64,000 bases of DNA from Nitrospirota bacterium (GCA_040758355.1 JBFLWF010000011.1:1-64000); one strand, 5' to 3'. Positions 41,732 through 53,418 are shown, counted from the first letter of the stretch. Made by a program: numbers and translations. Notes: generated from the sequence alone by a model not told the origin.

Positions 41732-41780
41732 TGTTCAAAGAAGAACGGGAAGGCAGGTTGCAATTGTTCCTTTATGAACA
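41732..41780. promoter_or_regulatory. Pair of enhancer (UAS) sites
   Basis: TGTTC-AAAGAA-GAACG (41732) and TGTTC-CTTTAT-GAACA (41765). Confidence 0.7.
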
Positions 41781-41790
41781 GGATGGCTTT

Positions 41791-43128
41791 TTAAAGGAGC
41801 TTATATTTTACCATTCTTAATCTGAGCTGTCTCCTCGTAATCCCGAGGCGGGCTGCTGCCTTTGTCTGGTTCCAGTTCTCTGCCTCAAGGGTCTTTAAAA
41901 CTACTGCACGTTCGAGTTCATCGAGTTTGAGGCCTGACAGGTCGGCTATACCTTTTGAGACGGCATTTCCTGAACCTTTATTGATGATCTTATTCGGAAG
42001 GTCATCGAGGGCAATGGTCTCCTGTTTGGTCAATACAATTGCCCTCTCTATAATATTCTCGAGCTCCCTTATATTCCCTGGCCAGTCATAACTCAAAAGT
42101 GCGTCCATTGCCATCTGATCAATCCCCTTTATGAATTTCTGGTTCTCAAGGGCATATTTTTTTATAAAGTGGTCAGCGAGCAAGGGAATGTCCTCTTTTC
42201 GTTCCCTCAAAGGAGGCATATGTATGGATATTACATTAAGGCGGTAGTAAAGGTCCTCCCTGAACCCTCCTGTCTCGATCTCCTTTTCGAGATTTCTGTT
42301 TGTTGCTGCAATTATCCTGCAATCGGCTTTTATCGGCTTGTTCCCCCCTACCCTGTAGAATTCTTTTTCCTGTATAAACCTCAGTAGTTTCACCTGCATG
42401 GATAAGGGCATCTCTCCTATCTCATCAAGAAAAAGTGTACCTCTGTTAACCATTTCTACCTTGCCCGCCTCTTTTGACACTGCACCGGTATATGCACCTG
42501 CCTCGTGTCCGAAAAGTTCATTCTCGATGAGATCCTTGGGTATTGCAGCACAGTTTATTGCCACGAAGGGGAATTCCCTTCTCTGTGATGCGCTATGAAC
42601 GGCCTTTGCCACAAGCTCCTTGCCTGTCCCTGACTCTCCTGTTATGAGTATATTTGCACGGCTGCTGCTGACAACATCAATGGTAGATAAAACATCCTGA
42701 ATTGCCCTGCTGTTGCCGATTATACCGTATTGTTCCTGTTGATACACTGCTTGACTTTTTACCGATACATGGCTGTGAATCAATGCATGTTTGATTATGG
42801 CAAGCATCTCGTCATGCTCTATGGGCTTTGTGAGATAATTGGCAGCGCCTATCTTCATTGCCTCCACTGCATTTTCTATGCTGCCATAGGCTGTGATCAC
42901 TATGACAGGGAGTTCGGGATCCTTCTCCTTTACATGCCTTAAAAGGTCAAGCCCTGACCTGCCTGGAAGCCTCATATCCGTAATGACCAGATCATAGGGG
43001 TCAGCAAGTCTTGAAACGGCTTCCTCGTAACTCCTTGCTGTCTCAACATGAAAACCTTCCTGCTTCAGAAATTTATTGAGCACAAGGAGTATATTTCTCT
43101 CATCGTCCACTACCAGTATTCTTTCCAT
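41791..43128 (-). CDS. Sigma54-dependent response regulator (NtrC family)
   Basis: Receiver, GESGTGKE, ELFGHEAGAYTGA, FLDEIGE, WPGNIREL, HTH. Confidence 0.95.
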   Translation of the reverse strand: MERILVVDDERNILLVLNKFLKQEGFHVETARSYEEAVSRLADPYDLVITDMRLPGRSGLDLLRHVKEKDPELPVIVITAYGSIENAVEAMKIGAANYLTKPIEHDEMLAIIKHALIHSHVSVKSQAVYQQEQYGIIGNSRAIQDVLSTIDVVSSSRANILITGESGTGKELVAKAVHSASQRREFPFVAINCAAIPKDLIENELFGHEAGAYTGAVSKEAGKVEMVNRGTLFLDEIGEMPLSMQVKLLRFIQEKEFYRVGGNKPIKADCRIIAATNRNLEKEIETGGFREDLYYRLNVISIHMPPLRERKEDIPLLADHFIKKYALENQKFIKGIDQMAMDALLSYDWPGNIRELENIIERAIVLTKQETIALDDLPNKIINKGSGNAVSKGIADLSGLKLDELERAVVLKTLEAENWNQTKAAARLGITRRQLRLRMVKYKLL

Positions 43129-43144
43129 GGCTATCCTGCCGAGG

Positions 43145-43171
43145 CGTAAGGGGGACTTCGTCCCCCTTACG
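43145..43171. repeat. Perfect intergenic hairpin (REP-like)
   Basis: CGTAAGGGGGAC-TTC-GTCCCCCTTACG. Confidence 0.55.
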
Positions 43172-43179
43172 AAAACCCC

Positions 43180-44685
43180 CTATTTTGTTCCTGTCACCCC
43201 CTCCATAGTTAAAGATTCTAATTTAAGCTCGCCTGTGTCCACGATATGTCTATCTCCCATCGGGAGTTTTATAACAAAGTGCGCTCCCTTTCCGGATGGA
43301 AGCAATTTTATATCACCATGATGGGCTAATATTATCTTATAAACAGTGGCAAGGCCGAGGCCGGTGCCGTCAGCCCTTGTTGTAAAGAATGGTTGGAAGA
43401 TCTTCTGGGCGATTTCCTTCGGCACGCCGGGACCCGTGTCCTTTACATAAATCTCCAGCCACTCATCCGATACCTTATATTCCACTGTTATGGCCCCATC
43501 CTTTTTCATTGCCTGGATTGCGTTCATAAGGAGGTTTATAAACACCTGCTTCAGGAGGGTGGGATCACCCGTAACCCTTGGAATTTTGTCCCCCTCCTTT
43601 TTAATCACTCTAACATTAGACTCTTCGAGATCAGGCTCGAGCAAATCAATAACCCTGTCTACAACATCGCCCACATCACAATGCACAAAGGCGGGCGAAG
43701 GCATCTTTGCAAACCTGAAAAATTCATCAGCCATCATGGTCATTCCGATGGTTTCGTCTTTGATAATAGCTATATACTCACGCACTTCTGCTATATCGCC
43801 GGATCGCTCGATTCCCGATATCGCGCCACGAATGGAATACAGGCTGTTCCTTAATTCATGGGCTATCTGTGCTGACATTTCTCCTACTGTTGCCATACAT
43901 GTAAGCATCTCCCTTTCCTCCGACATCCTCTTGAATTCAGATAGATGCCTCTTGAGATTCTCTATCATATTATAAAAGGCGTGCCTCAACTGGACTGTCT
44001 CATCCCTGTCCGACGGATCATACAGTTTGATATGCCTTAACCCAATCTCTTTTTCAAATGCCTCTATCTCCTTTGAAAGAGATGTTATTGGCCGCGTCAT
44101 TATCATTGAAACAATAAATGAACCGCCGATGCCGACAGCAAATATGATCAATGAAAGATACATGAGCTGAATTATTGTCTTTTTGAATTCCTTATTGAGA
44201 GCTGCATCTTCAGCCTCGAGGTCAAAGTCAATCTCAAGGCCGCCAAGGATATCCCTTTCTATCTCGATAGGCAGAAATATCTGGCCTTCGGGGTTCTCAT
44301 TCCGCTTGCCATTGATAAAATCATCCAGCTTTTTCGATATGGCATCGTTCAGATGACCTAATCTTTTTAAGCTGTCGGAGGCTATGACTATTCCCTGTTT
44401 ATCTATAATATTTATGCCTTTTGCCTGGCCTGAAGATTTCAACTGCCGGATCTGCTCCATCAAAAAGCCAAAATCTTGTGATATCATGGCATCAGATGCA
44501 TTGATTGCCAGTTTTTCAGCAACGCTTTTGTGGAACTGCTGCCGCTGGATATTGAGATTCCTTTTGGATGAAGAAAGAACCACTATGCTCACAGAGACAT
44601 AGATTATCACTATCAACAGCATCACATAGAGGATGCCCTTGCTTTTTATGCTCGTCCGCTTATTTAGATCCTTCAAAGCCTTCAT
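43180..44685 (-). CDS. Membrane sensor histidine kinase
   Basis: 2 TM, Cache-like periplasmic domain, [12 protein letters not shown], HATPase. Confidence 0.9.
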   Translation of the reverse strand: MKALKDLNKRTSIKSKGILYVMLLIVIIYVSVSIVVLSSSKRNLNIQRQQFHKSVAEKLAINASDAMISQDFGFLMEQIRQLKSSGQAKGINIIDKQGIVIASDSLKRLGHLNDAISKKLDDFINGKRNENPEGQIFLPIEIERDILGGLEIDFDLEAEDAALNKEFKKTIIQLMYLSLIIFAVGIGGSFIVSMIMTRPITSLSKEIEAFEKEIGLRHIKLYDPSDRDETVQLRHAFYNMIENLKRHLSEFKRMSEEREMLTCMATVGEMSAQIAHELRNSLYSIRGAISGIERSGDIAEVREYIAIIKDETIGMTMMADEFFRFAKMPSPAFVHCDVGDVVDRVIDLLEPDLEESNVRVIKKEGDKIPRVTGDPTLLKQVFINLLMNAIQAMKKDGAITVEYKVSDEWLEIYVKDTGPGVPKEIAQKIFQPFFTTRADGTGLGLATVYKIILAHHGDIKLLPSGKGAHFVIKLPMGDRHIVDTGELKLESLTMEGVTGTK

Positions 44686-44704
44686 ATTTACAATAAAATT
44701 CCGA

Positions 44705-46303
44705 TCATTCTTCCATTATCCTGAATGCCTTTATTCCTGTCTGTTTCTGCAGTTCCATGGTCTGCCTTTTAGAGTACTGGACGAGGTGTCTTTTTGCATT
44801 ATCTACAAACCTCCTGTCCATGTCCTTTCTTGCACTCAAGACCCATCCATGAAGGGGGGGAGTTTTAGCAAGTATCACGATGCGGCTCGTGTCTATATCA
44901 TCCTGCATGGACTTCAAAGACGATAGGCTCACAAACCCTGCATCAACCGAGCCTCTATAGACCTGCATAATTACATTCTCATAAGTCTTCAGCTCCACAA
45001 ACTTTATTCCATTCATTGGCACTCCGCTGGCAGTTAATAAATTCTTCTGAGAAATATAGCCTCCGTCTGAATGCAGGGATGTTATACCAATCCTCCTGTC
45101 AGCCAGATCTTTAATTGTCCTGATATTACTTACCGAGTGGGCAATAATCACTCCAACATTATCCTCGGAATTGCCTGCCTCGACAATGGCAGCAATCCCT
45201 TTTGCTCTGCCCGTCTTTTTCGTTTCCATGTATAGATGGTAATTCTGGAGGAAGATATCACCCTCCCCTTTATTCATTATTTTTATAAATGCCTCCGCAT
45301 TCTCGGGGATAATAAGCTGAAACTTACTTCCTGTCATCCTCGCAAGATACTCTATCAAGGGGTTTAGCTGTATAAAGACATCGGGACCAAAGGAGACAGG
45401 CTCTACAACGAACCTTTTACCGCCATGCTGTCTCAAGATTATGCCCTCCTTTTCTCCAGGGACGCTGCTCATCAAAACCCTCACTATGTCATAGTCGCTG
45501 TCCTTTGTCTCTGAAAAGCCATCAACTCCTGCTCCAATACTGCCGATGATATCCTTTTTGTTTTTCAGGCTGTTTACAGAAAGCATTGCATTTTTGAGAT
45601 CATGTATAAGGCCTTTGCCAATGGCTGCCCTTGCAACAAAGAGATACTGGGGAATGGAATAGGAATACTTCACTATTCTGAGACCGCTGTTCAAGTATGG
45701 TTTTGCTGTCATCTCAGGCACCCCGGTGGCATCGAACATCCGTGCCATTACAGCAGTCAGGGAACTCTCATCCGAACCTAACTTCACAACCTCGAGAAAA
45801 TCTTTATCAGAAATCCCTACCCTCTGAAGCATTATTTTTGGCAAAAGGCCTGAACCAGGGCATTTATATCTGCCATATGCAAGTGTCTTATCTAAGAGAT
45901 CAGCAGTCTTTTTAACAGAAGAATCATCACGAACAACCAGAACGCTTCTTTCCTCTGTAGAACCATTTATGCTGAGCTTTACAAGGGGCACAATTGATGT
46001 TTTGCTGTATGCCTCGCAGTAAATGGTTGGGCAGAGGAATGCTATATCCGCATCGCCCTTTTCAAGATGTTTAGGCATATCAGCCGTCTCCCTCGCCACC
46101 CTGATTTTGATGGATATGTTCAGCTTATCCTCAAGGTATCTCTTCAATGGAAGGAAATTTTTATACATGGTTGATGGGGACTGAAGGGGGATGAGCATCA
46201 TGGTTATCTGCTGTCTGGAGAAGGCAGGGGAACTGCAAAAGAGGATAAGGGCAGTTACCAAGATAATCCTTTTTAAAACAGTGGAATGGAAGAAAAACTT
46301 CAT
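44705..46303 (-). CDS. Tandem PhnD/phosphonate-binding-fold periplasmic protein
   Basis: Signal peptide; two similar halves (F.PL..YL, SGLLP/SDGGY, V....DA.., SDYD); no ABC permease nearby. Confidence 0.8.
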   Translation of the reverse strand: MKFFFHSTVLKRIILVTALILFCSSPAFSRQQITMMLIPLQSPSTMYKNFLPLKRYLEDKLNISIKIRVARETADMPKHLEKGDADIAFLCPTIYCEAYSKTSIVPLVKLSINGSTEERSVLVVRDDSSVKKTADLLDKTLAYGRYKCPGSGLLPKIMLQRVGISDKDFLEVVKLGSDESSLTAVMARMFDATGVPEMTAKPYLNSGLRIVKYSYSIPQYLFVARAAIGKGLIHDLKNAMLSVNSLKNKKDIIGSIGAGVDGFSETKDSDYDIVRVLMSSVPGEKEGIILRQHGGKRFVVEPVSFGPDVFIQLNPLIEYLARMTGSKFQLIIPENAEAFIKIMNKGEGDIFLQNYHLYMETKKTGRAKGIAAIVEAGNSEDNVGVIIAHSVSNIRTIKDLADRRIGITSLHSDGGYISQKNLLTASGVPMNGIKFVELKTYENVIMQVYRGSVDAGFVSLSSLKSMQDDIDTSRIVILAKTPPLHGWVLSARKDMDRRFVDNAKRHLVQYSKRQTMELQKQTGIKAFRIMEE

Positions 46304-46315
46304 ATTTAAATTATA

Positions 46316-46359
46316 TAAAAATGGTGTTCTGGATGTAAACAAATACATCCAGAACACCA
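46316..46359 (-). terminator. Intrinsic terminator after soxB
   Basis: TGGTGTTCTGGATGTA-loop-TACATCCAGAACACCA, then TTTTT on the minus strand. Confidence 0.8.
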
Positions 46360-46369
46360 AGGGGAGGGG

Positions 46370-48031
46370 TCAGATTACCATCTTTGGCCTTTCAGACTTT
46401 ATCTTTATGGTCTTCTTCTTCTTGATGTAATTGATGACAACATCATAAACCGGTGGGCCCGGCTGTTCTTCCATTGACGCCCATCCTGCCATTGTGTATT
46501 CCTTATCGGGATGGACATCTTTCCCGCGAACCTTCAAATCCTGTATCCTGTTACCCATCTTCTCATTCACCTTAATAACAAAACTCATGCCCGCTGTCCT
46601 GACCATATCTCCACCCTGCTGTTTATAAGGGTCGTGATGGAAGATGTTATCAGCTATGTCTTCCATCACCTCTTTCAGGAAGCTGCCTTTCATCTTTGTC
46701 TTGTATGTGTTTGCATAGGTGATGGCTGTCTGGGAATAAACATCGTCCGCTGTAATCGGGCCCGGAAGAATTGTCCTTCCCCACCTGAACCCGGCGGAAA
46801 GGGCAAACTCTGCATCATAATGGTCGATCATTGCCTCACAGATGAGGTCATCAAAGGTTCCGTCCAGATTGCCCCTGCGGTAAAGGATATCCTCTGTATG
46901 TCCCAATACCTCATCAAGCTTTGCCTTGTGGGGCTTTCTTATGTCCTCTACGAGCTTTGACATTTCAGGATCCGGGTCTATCATCTCGGACATCACGGGT
47001 ATGAGTCTGAAGGAGTAATCAACCATCCTTTTATTCTTCACTTCGATGTCCATCCTTGAGAGGAACTTCCCATAACAACCCGTGTTTACCACAAGGGTCT
47101 TGCCAACAACTATTGGCTTGGGTATTCCATCATGGGTATGTCCGCCAAAGATTACATCGATGCCCTTAACCCTGCTCGCCATCTTTTTGTCCACATCACA
47201 GCCATTATGGGAAAGAACGATAACAAGGTCAACATTCTTTGCCCTCACCTCATCCACGATCTTCTGCATGTTTTCGTCTTTGATCCCAAATGACCAATTT
47301 GGTATGAATCTCCTCGGATTGGCTATTGGCGTATAGGGAAATGCCTGGCCTATTACTGCAACAGCAAGACCATTGACTGTTTTTATCTCGTAGGGCTTGA
47401 ATATGGGGTCTCCCCATGTAGATTCGTGGACATTCTGGGCAACAAATGGGAAGTTCATCATCTTTATTAGCTCGAGAACGCGCTCCTCAGGATAGGTGAA
47501 TTCCCAGTGGCCAGTCATGACATCACAGCCAAAAAGATTCAGAACCCGCACCATGTCTTCTCCGCGGCTCCAGAGGCTCGTTGCAGATCCCTGAAGTGTA
47601 TCACCGCCATCTATACACAGCACCTTTCCGTGCCTTTCAGCCTTTACCCTTTTAATCATGGTGGCAATATGGGCCACACCACCCACCTTTCCGTACTTCT
47701 TTGCGAGGGCTGAGAAGTTGTCACTGGTGTACGCATAAGCCTCAAGGGTATCAGGCTTATAGCCATAATATTTCAGAAGCTCCCTACCGGTAAGGTGTGG
47801 CGGCTTGCCCTTATTTTCACCCACTCCTATATTTGTATCAGGCTCCCTGTAATACATGGGGACAAGCTGTGCATGTATGTCTGTGGTGTGTAATATCGTG
47901 ATATTCCCCTTTGCATCAAATTTGAACAGATTTTCCGGCCTTAAACTCTTTGCGAGGGCTGCCGGTGATACAGCAGCGGTTCCTGCAGTGAGTGCTGCCA
48001 TCCAGAGAAATTCTCTTCGTGTAATAGCCAT
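46370..48031 (-). CDS. soxB: Thiosulfohydrolase SoxB
   Basis: Tat TRREFL; HTTDIHAQL.P.YYREP, DGGDT.QGS, GHWEFTY, GQAFPY.PIANP, LSHNG, GGHTHD, GFRWG, QQGGDMVR. Confidence 0.96.
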   Translation of the reverse strand: MAITRREFLWMAALTAGTAAVSPAALAKSLRPENLFKFDAKGNITILHTTDIHAQLVPMYYREPDTNIGVGENKGKPPHLTGRELLKYYGYKPDTLEAYAYTSDNFSALAKKYGKVGGVAHIATMIKRVKAERHGKVLCIDGGDTLQGSATSLWSRGEDMVRVLNLFGCDVMTGHWEFTYPEERVLELIKMMNFPFVAQNVHESTWGDPIFKPYEIKTVNGLAVAVIGQAFPYTPIANPRRFIPNWSFGIKDENMQKIVDEVRAKNVDLVIVLSHNGCDVDKKMASRVKGIDVIFGGHTHDGIPKPIVVGKTLVVNTGCYGKFLSRMDIEVKNKRMVDYSFRLIPVMSEMIDPDPEMSKLVEDIRKPHKAKLDEVLGHTEDILYRRGNLDGTFDDLICEAMIDHYDAEFALSAGFRWGRTILPGPITADDVYSQTAITYANTYKTKMKGSFLKEVMEDIADNIFHHDPYKQQGGDMVRTAGMSFVIKVNEKMGNRIQDLKVRGKDVHPDKEYTMAGWASMEEQPGPPVYDVVINYIKKKKTIKIKSERPKMVI

Positions 48032-48040
48032 TTTCTCCTC

Positions 48041-48754
48041 CTATGAATGAACCTTTGCTCCCATGCAAATTTGATCTTCTGCGTCATCTTCACTATCTTC
48101 AAATTTAAAATTCGTGACTTTTTGAGGCGATACATCGAGGTATCTGCATTCCGCATTAATCCAGCATCTCAGAAACTGGCTGATGGAACTGTAAAATAAA
48201 CTTCCCTCTGATTTTAGGGCATCTGAGAATGCATCGACCCATCTGCCAAGGTGGTCCTGTAAGAATTTCCTCTCAACAGATATGCAGATCTCGACATTAT
48301 TGCCCTCACCTTTAGATGCTGCCTCTGCTTCCTTAAGTGTGACAAGGTGCATAAACTCAAGCTCTGCTGCTATATGGTCAGGCCTCTCATTTGTGAAATT
48401 CATTCCGAATGCCTTGTAAAACCCTGCAATGTCAGCCATTTCTTCTGTCGTATAAACAGACAGCCTGGACCTGTAGTACTCGTTCTCGTAAGGAGGACAT
48501 CCGCTTTTAAGGGTCAAAAATCTAATGTGTTCATCCGCCATTTTATCCACATCAAAGGTTTCTGCCTCTTTAAGGTCTTTTAAAGACGCCTCTATCTCTG
48601 TCTTTAAGGGATATCTTTCAATCGCCTCCTTTATCTCGTTTACGAATTCACCGCTCCTTAAAAATCCTCCAAACTCTTCATCCGGATAAAAAAAGCAGTA
48701 ACTGAGAAGCCTGTACGTCTTTGACCTTTGAAAGGCTACATTTGCATTGCTCAT
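48041..48754 (-). CDS. TorD/NarJ-like chaperone for the NXR-like enzyme
   Basis: CPPYENEY, MADIAGFYKAFG, ERPDHIAAELEFM, FLQDHLGRW. Confidence 0.9.
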   Translation of the reverse strand: MSNANVAFQRSKTYRLLSYCFFYPDEEFGGFLRSGEFVNEIKEAIERYPLKTEIEASLKDLKEAETFDVDKMADEHIRFLTLKSGCPPYENEYYRSRLSVYTTEEMADIAGFYKAFGMNFTNERPDHIAAELEFMHLVTLKEAEAASKGEGNNVEICISVERKFLQDHLGRWVDAFSDALKSEGSLFYSSISQFLRCWINAECRYLDVSPQKVTNFKFEDSEDDAEDQICMGAKVHS

Positions 48755-48786
48755 TTTTTACTCCTTCTGTTTTTTATCTGCATCCT

Positions 48787-49920
48787 CTATGTTATGTTGT
48801 GGCGGTATACCTGGAGTTTTTTGTCATAAAAAGGTCTGATATACGCAGGCTCTTTTATAGGCACCTTCACAATCTCTTTGCCCTTGACATCGTAACCAGA
48901 GGCACTGCCCTTTGAGACCTTGAACTTCGCAGGCCAGAAATCAGTGGAACCAAATAGCATCAGCACGCCGAGTAATGTCTCATCGGTGTGTGCATTCCTA
49001 TAAGTCTTGATCGCATCTTCAACTCCAGGCCCGAACGTCTGCCTCAAGAAGGGAGGAGGCACATGGATGGGCGGGATGTAGTATATATTGGGCTCCGTCC
49101 CAAACTGCGGGAAAAGCGGTAATGCCACCTTTTTGATATGGACAAGGTAGTCAATAGGGTTTGATGGATCAGCCTTTTCAGGGGTATGTATCCAGCCGTT
49201 CAGCCTCGTTCTGCCTATGCATGTCCTCATACACTGTGTCTGTTCCCCTTGTTCAACAAGCGGGTAACAACCTATACATTTTTCCGATTTCCTCGTTGTA
49301 CTATTGAAAAAAACCTTTTTATATGGGCATGCTCGGACACAGTCCCTGTACCCCTTACACCTCTTCTGGTCGACAAGGACAATGCCATCCTCGGCACGTT
49401 TATATATCGCCTTCCTCGAACAGGCAGAAATACAGGCAGGGTATGTACAGTGGTTACACATCCTTGGCAGATAGAAATGCCATACCCTGTGGGGCATTGT
49501 TATGTAATCGCCCCCATCTATCGAGCCGTGAGCGTCGTCTTCGCCTATATTTGGATGCGCCCAATCCATCTCCTCAGGCCAATAACCCTGCGTGACCTGT
49601 CCCTTTGGGGCTGCCTCGAATATGGTTTTGCCTTTATAGACATTCCCTTCCCACTTCTGAGGCCCGAGGAGTCCGAGTATCTTCACATCCCATCCAAGTG
49701 GATAAAAACCATACGGCTTTGACTCCACATTGTTCCAGAACATGTACTCCTGACCCTCTCCTGTTGTCCATGTATGTTTGCATGCCATAGTACAAGTCTG
49801 ACAGGCTATGCATTTGTTGATGTCAAAGACCGCTGCAAACTGTTTTTCGGGCCTCACACCCTCATAGGGGTAAAACATTTCTCTTTGAATCTGCCAGTTC
49901 TTGACTTTAATCTCAGCCAT
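48787..49920 (-). CDS. NxrB/NarH-like Fe-S beta subunit
   Basis: NWQI.R.M.YPY, CIACQTCTMAC, MFWNNVESKP, CNHCTYPAC, CKGYRDCVRACPYKK, CIGC..CMRTC, PLFPQFGTEPN. Confidence 0.92.
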   Translation of the reverse strand: MAEIKVKNWQIQREMFYPYEGVRPEKQFAAVFDINKCIACQTCTMACKHTWTTGEGQEYMFWNNVESKPYGFYPLGWDVKILGLLGPQKWEGNVYKGKTIFEAAPKGQVTQGYWPEEMDWAHPNIGEDDAHGSIDGGDYITMPHRVWHFYLPRMCNHCTYPACISACSRKAIYKRAEDGIVLVDQKRCKGYRDCVRACPYKKVFFNSTTRKSEKCIGCYPLVEQGEQTQCMRTCIGRTRLNGWIHTPEKADPSNPIDYLVHIKKVALPLFPQFGTEPNIYYIPPIHVPPPFLRQTFGPGVEDAIKTYRNAHTDETLLGVLMLFGSTDFWPAKFKVSKGSASGYDVKGKEIVKVPIKEPAYIRPFYDKKLQVYRHNIT

Positions 49921-49947
49921 TATATCCTCCAAGATTTTGCATTCCTA

Positions 49948-52900
49948 TTAAACGATAAAACCGCCGTTCAGGTATTTCTTCATGTCATCATTTTCATAAG
50001 TAGGTCTGTAGCCTAATGATGCAGGCCTCCAGAGACCCTTGCCTCCAATTCCACCATCTTCAGCCTTTGCCACCTTGACATATGCCTCCCTCGGTGCCCC
50101 AACAGGACAGTGGATGTCTGGCGCAAACCCCTTTCCAACTAACTGCCCAAAGGTCTCCTTCCTTATAAGGGTATCTGTCATCAATGTAGGACCGAGCCAT
50201 GCCCTTGTGCAACTCTGGTGGCCGCCATAGCGGAACATGGATTGATATGTTGTCTCGGGGTTTTTTGCGAGTTTGTCAGGATTGGCCTCGTGAGCAGCGA
50301 CAGACCCATGGCTTGACTGATACATATTGAACCACATGAGCAGCACCCCCCTCGGTATCCCCGGATAATACCTTGCACGGCACATCATGCGGCTCACTTT
50401 ATAATCCTCATCGGTCTTCTTCCATCCTCTATAAGGCCTATCTTCAGGGTCGGCATCTATCCAGACGTAATCGCCATCATTGATGCCAAGCTCCTTGGCA
50501 TCCTTTGGATTTATATTCACATATGCCTCGCCCACCCATGGCATCCTCTTGTCAGATCTCTTCAGATCTCCAAAAGGCCCGAAGAATACGGATACGACAT
50601 CGATGTCAACGGGTGTTGTGTGGGCACCGTGCCTGTATTTTGGCGTGATGAACTGGAATTTTAGACCATCCTTTTCCCCCGGATGCTTCGTCTTCTTGAG
50701 ATCCTTCCATGACTTTACAATGTTTCTTACCTGCCTGACCTCGACAGAGAGATCGTCCCTCTTTAGACCATATGCCTCTGGAGGGGTTGGCTTAAGGGTA
50801 TCTAATGGCTTGCTCACAACCACATTGGGTTCATAAAATGTCGCATCTATGGGCTCACGATAAACAGGGAGGTTCTCGCCATGCTCGATAAACTCTGGCT
50901 CTTCCCTGTAGAATTCAAGCCTTCCTGTCTTTGTATACCAGGGCTTGCTTTCATGATACTGTTCCCATCCAGGTACCTTCGGATATGTCCTGAAAAGGGT
51001 AAGCACCGGTATGCCGTCCTTTGCCCTCTTTTCCATTTCCTCTATCTTGTATCCCTTGAGTGTTGTGCTTTCGTTTATTATCCTCTGGAGATAGACCTCC
51101 ACCTTTTTGTCATGAACGAACTTCCAGTAATCCTCGAACCTCTTATCTCCTGTGAGTTTTGCCAGTTTCTTTGCAACACCTGCATAGGTCTCGATATCGC
51201 TTACAGTATCATGTATCCTCTTAAGCGGGGTCCTTGGATATATATGAACAAAGGGATTTGTGACCGATGCAGTCATATCGGGGTATTTGAACTCTGCCCA
51301 TGAATCAACGCCATATACAACGTCGGCATATTCGCATGAAAGGGTCCACCACCATTCATTGACGATTATACCCTCCATCTTTGGAAGTGTATTATGTATC
51401 AAGTCATAGAACCACTTTGCATTTCCGAGAAGGGAGTTGCTGTTGGCAAACCAGAGGAGCTTTGTGGGTGTTGGTGTATGTGTCTTCCCTGTAAAGAGTT
51501 TATTCCCAATCCTGAGCGGCCTGTCGCCGTAATTGTAATAGTGGGCTGATTCAAATTTGAAATAATATTTCAGTTTTGGAGCCTTTTCAGACGAAAGCTC
51601 GGGATTGAACGGGTCCTCCATGACGTACTGGGGCGTACCATTGAATATGGCAATCCTGTAATTCCCTGCATAACTTCCAGGGCTTCCGCCGAGATTGCCA
51701 ATATTTTTGGTCATTGCAGCCACAAGGAATATCCCCCTGTCTTTAAGCCCTGCATTGAAGAACTGATTTGGCCCCATGCCAACAGCAAAGAGCGTTTTGC
51801 CTTTGTTCTTCGCTATCTGCTCTGCGAGGTTTATGATGGCCTCCTTTGGAGCGCCTGTTATTTCCGAGACGTTCTCCGGTGTAAACTCCTCAAGATATTC
51901 TTTGATAACATCAAGTACAGTCCTCACCTCGATCTCTTTGCCATCAATACCCTTGACCTTAAACCTTCCCGTAAGGGCAATATCTTTCCGCAACCCTCTA
52001 AACTTCTTCCCCACATGGTCCCTTGTGATAACTGCCGGCGTCTTGGCCTTTTTATCCCAGACCACAAAGTCGCCCCATTCATTCCTCATTGTTTCGGGTA
52101 TATACTGCTCTTTATGCACAGGCATGGGCGGAGGCGTTTCACCTTCCTTTAAGACTTTTACATAATTATTTAGCGGGGAAGGAGTATAACTACTGATTAT
52201 GTCAGATGCCCTTAAATACTGCAGGTTGTCGCTCCTGAGTAAAACGGGCAGGTCTGTGTATTCCTTGAGATAGCCGGGATCATAGAGGTTTTTCTTTATG
52301 AGCAAATGCGCAACGCCGAGGGCAAGTGCCTGGTCTGTGCCCGGCCTGATGACTACGACCTCATCGGACTTATTGGCAGTAGATTGATACTCTATCGTTA
52401 TATTTATGACCTTTGAACCTTTCAGCCTTGCCTCTGTGAGCCAGTGGGCATCGGGCATCTTTGTGGATATCCAGTTCAACCCCCAGATGGTAATGAGGTT
52501 AGCCTGTTCAGTAGCATGGAGCTCAAAGTCAACAGTCTGCTGTCCGGTAACCATTGGATGACCTGGAGGAAGGTCTGTATGCCAACTGTAGTTATCCCAG
52601 TAACGGCCGCCGATTGCCTTCTCATGGTTGGTTTTCCTTATATGGTTGTCGAGGAGGGCGAGCATATTGGAAAACCTTCCCAATCCAGCAACCCTCGTTA
52701 TCCCGAGGAAATGCATGCCCCCCCTGTGTTTGAGGGTCAATGTCCCCGCGCCCTTCATCCACTCTATCATTGATGGGTCATAGCCCTGCGCCTTCAGATA
52801 CTTTGCACCCTGTTCGCCACTGTAAGTCTGTGCAATATTCATATAGGCCTTTGCCGCTATCTCATTCACTTCGTCGTGAGATAACTTAAGCCATTTATCC

Positions 52901-53391
52901 TTCCCCCTCTGGAAGTACTTTTCTGGCGGCCTTCCTGTCTCCGGATCCCTCGGGAAATCGGCCTTGACCCATTCGTAAAAACCCTTTCTGACCATGGCGC
53001 CCTTGACCCTCCTGTCTCCGTAGAACTTCCTCACGAGGGCGAGCCCCTTCTGGCAGCATCTGGGCTCCCATCTGTGGGAAGGCCTGTTGCCGTACACATC
53101 CGTTGCCTTTCCATAACCATAGGTGGGCATAATCCTGACAACAACGCCGTTTCTTACATAAGCCCTTAAAAGGCAGTTGTGAGTATCATTGGGCGCACAT
53201 GTAAAGACAAATGTGTCATCGTATTTGAATTTATCCCTGTACAGTTTTTCCCAGTCCCTGTGTGGGTATCCACCGAGGGGGTTGTCAGTATCTACCGGCT
53301 GTAGAAATGCAAGCCTTGGCGAACTGACAGCTAATCCAGCCGCACCTGCAAGAGACCATTTCAGAAAATCCCTTCTGCTAAATCCTTTCAC
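49948..53391 (-). CDS. Periplasmic type II Mo-bisPGD alpha subunit, Nitrospira/anammox NXR-related (NXR/pNAR-like)
   Basis: Tat SRRDFLK; FS0 motif C-x3-D-x3-C-x39-C (CAPNDTHNC...PRCCQKG); Asp-ligand region [19 protein letters not shown]. Confidence 0.9.
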   Translation of the reverse strand: MKGFSRRDFLKWSLAGAAGLAVSSPRLAFLQPVDTDNPLGGYPHRDWEKLYRDKFKYDDTFVFTCAPNDTHNCLLRAYVRNGVVVRIMPTYGYGKATDVYGNRPSHRWEPRCCQKGLALVRKFYGDRRVKGAMVRKGFYEWVKADFPRDPETGRPPEKYFQRGKDKWLKLSHDEVNEIAAKAYMNIAQTYSGEQGAKYLKAQGYDPSMIEWMKGAGTLTLKHRGGMHFLGITRVAGLGRFSNMLALLDNHIRKTNHEKAIGGRYWDNYSWHTDLPPGHPMVTGQQTVDFELHATEQANLITIWGLNWISTKMPDAHWLTEARLKGSKVINITIEYQSTANKSDEVVVIRPGTDQALALGVAHLLIKKNLYDPGYLKEYTDLPVLLRSDNLQYLRASDIISSYTPSPLNNYVKVLKEGETPPPMPVHKEQYIPETMRNEWGDFVVWDKKAKTPAVITRDHVGKKFRGLRKDIALTGRFKVKGIDGKEIEVRTVLDVIKEYLEEFTPENVSEITGAPKEAIINLAEQIAKNKGKTLFAVGMGPNQFFNAGLKDRGIFLVAAMTKNIGNLGGSPGSYAGNYRIAIFNGTPQYVMEDPFNPELSSEKAPKLKYYFKFESAHYYNYGDRPLRIGNKLFTGKTHTPTPTKLLWFANSNSLLGNAKWFYDLIHNTLPKMEGIIVNEWWWTLSCEYADVVYGVDSWAEFKYPDMTASVTNPFVHIYPRTPLKRIHDTVSDIETYAGVAKKLAKLTGDKRFEDYWKFVHDKKVEVYLQRIINESTTLKGYKIEEMEKRAKDGIPVLTLFRTYPKVPGWEQYHESKPWYTKTGRLEFYREEPEFIEHGENLPVYREPIDATFYEPNVVVSKPLDTLKPTPPEAYGLKRDDLSVEVRQVRNIVKSWKDLKKTKHPGEKDGLKFQFITPKYRHGAHTTPVDIDVVSVFFGPFGDLKRSDKRMPWVGEAYVNINPKDAKELGINDGDYVWIDADPEDRPYRGWKKTDEDYKVSRMMCRARYYPGIPRGVLLMWFNMYQSSHGSVAAHEANPDKLAKNPETTYQSMFRYGGHQSCTRAWLGPTLMTDTLIRKETFGQLVGKGFAPDIHCPVGAPREAYVKVAKAEDGGIGGKGLWRPASLGYRPTYENDDMKKYLNGGFIV

Positions 53392-53418
53392 ACGATCCTC
53401 CTCATAATCGATGCCTTT

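Noticed and set aside
44705..46303. Phosphonate ABC transporter
   Set aside because: No phnC/phnE; context is a sensor kinase and sox genes.
49948..53391. Calling the organism a nitrite oxidiser (nxrA)
   Set aside because: Sequence is NXR-related but divergent and lacks a gamma gene; reaction direction cannot be read from the sequence.
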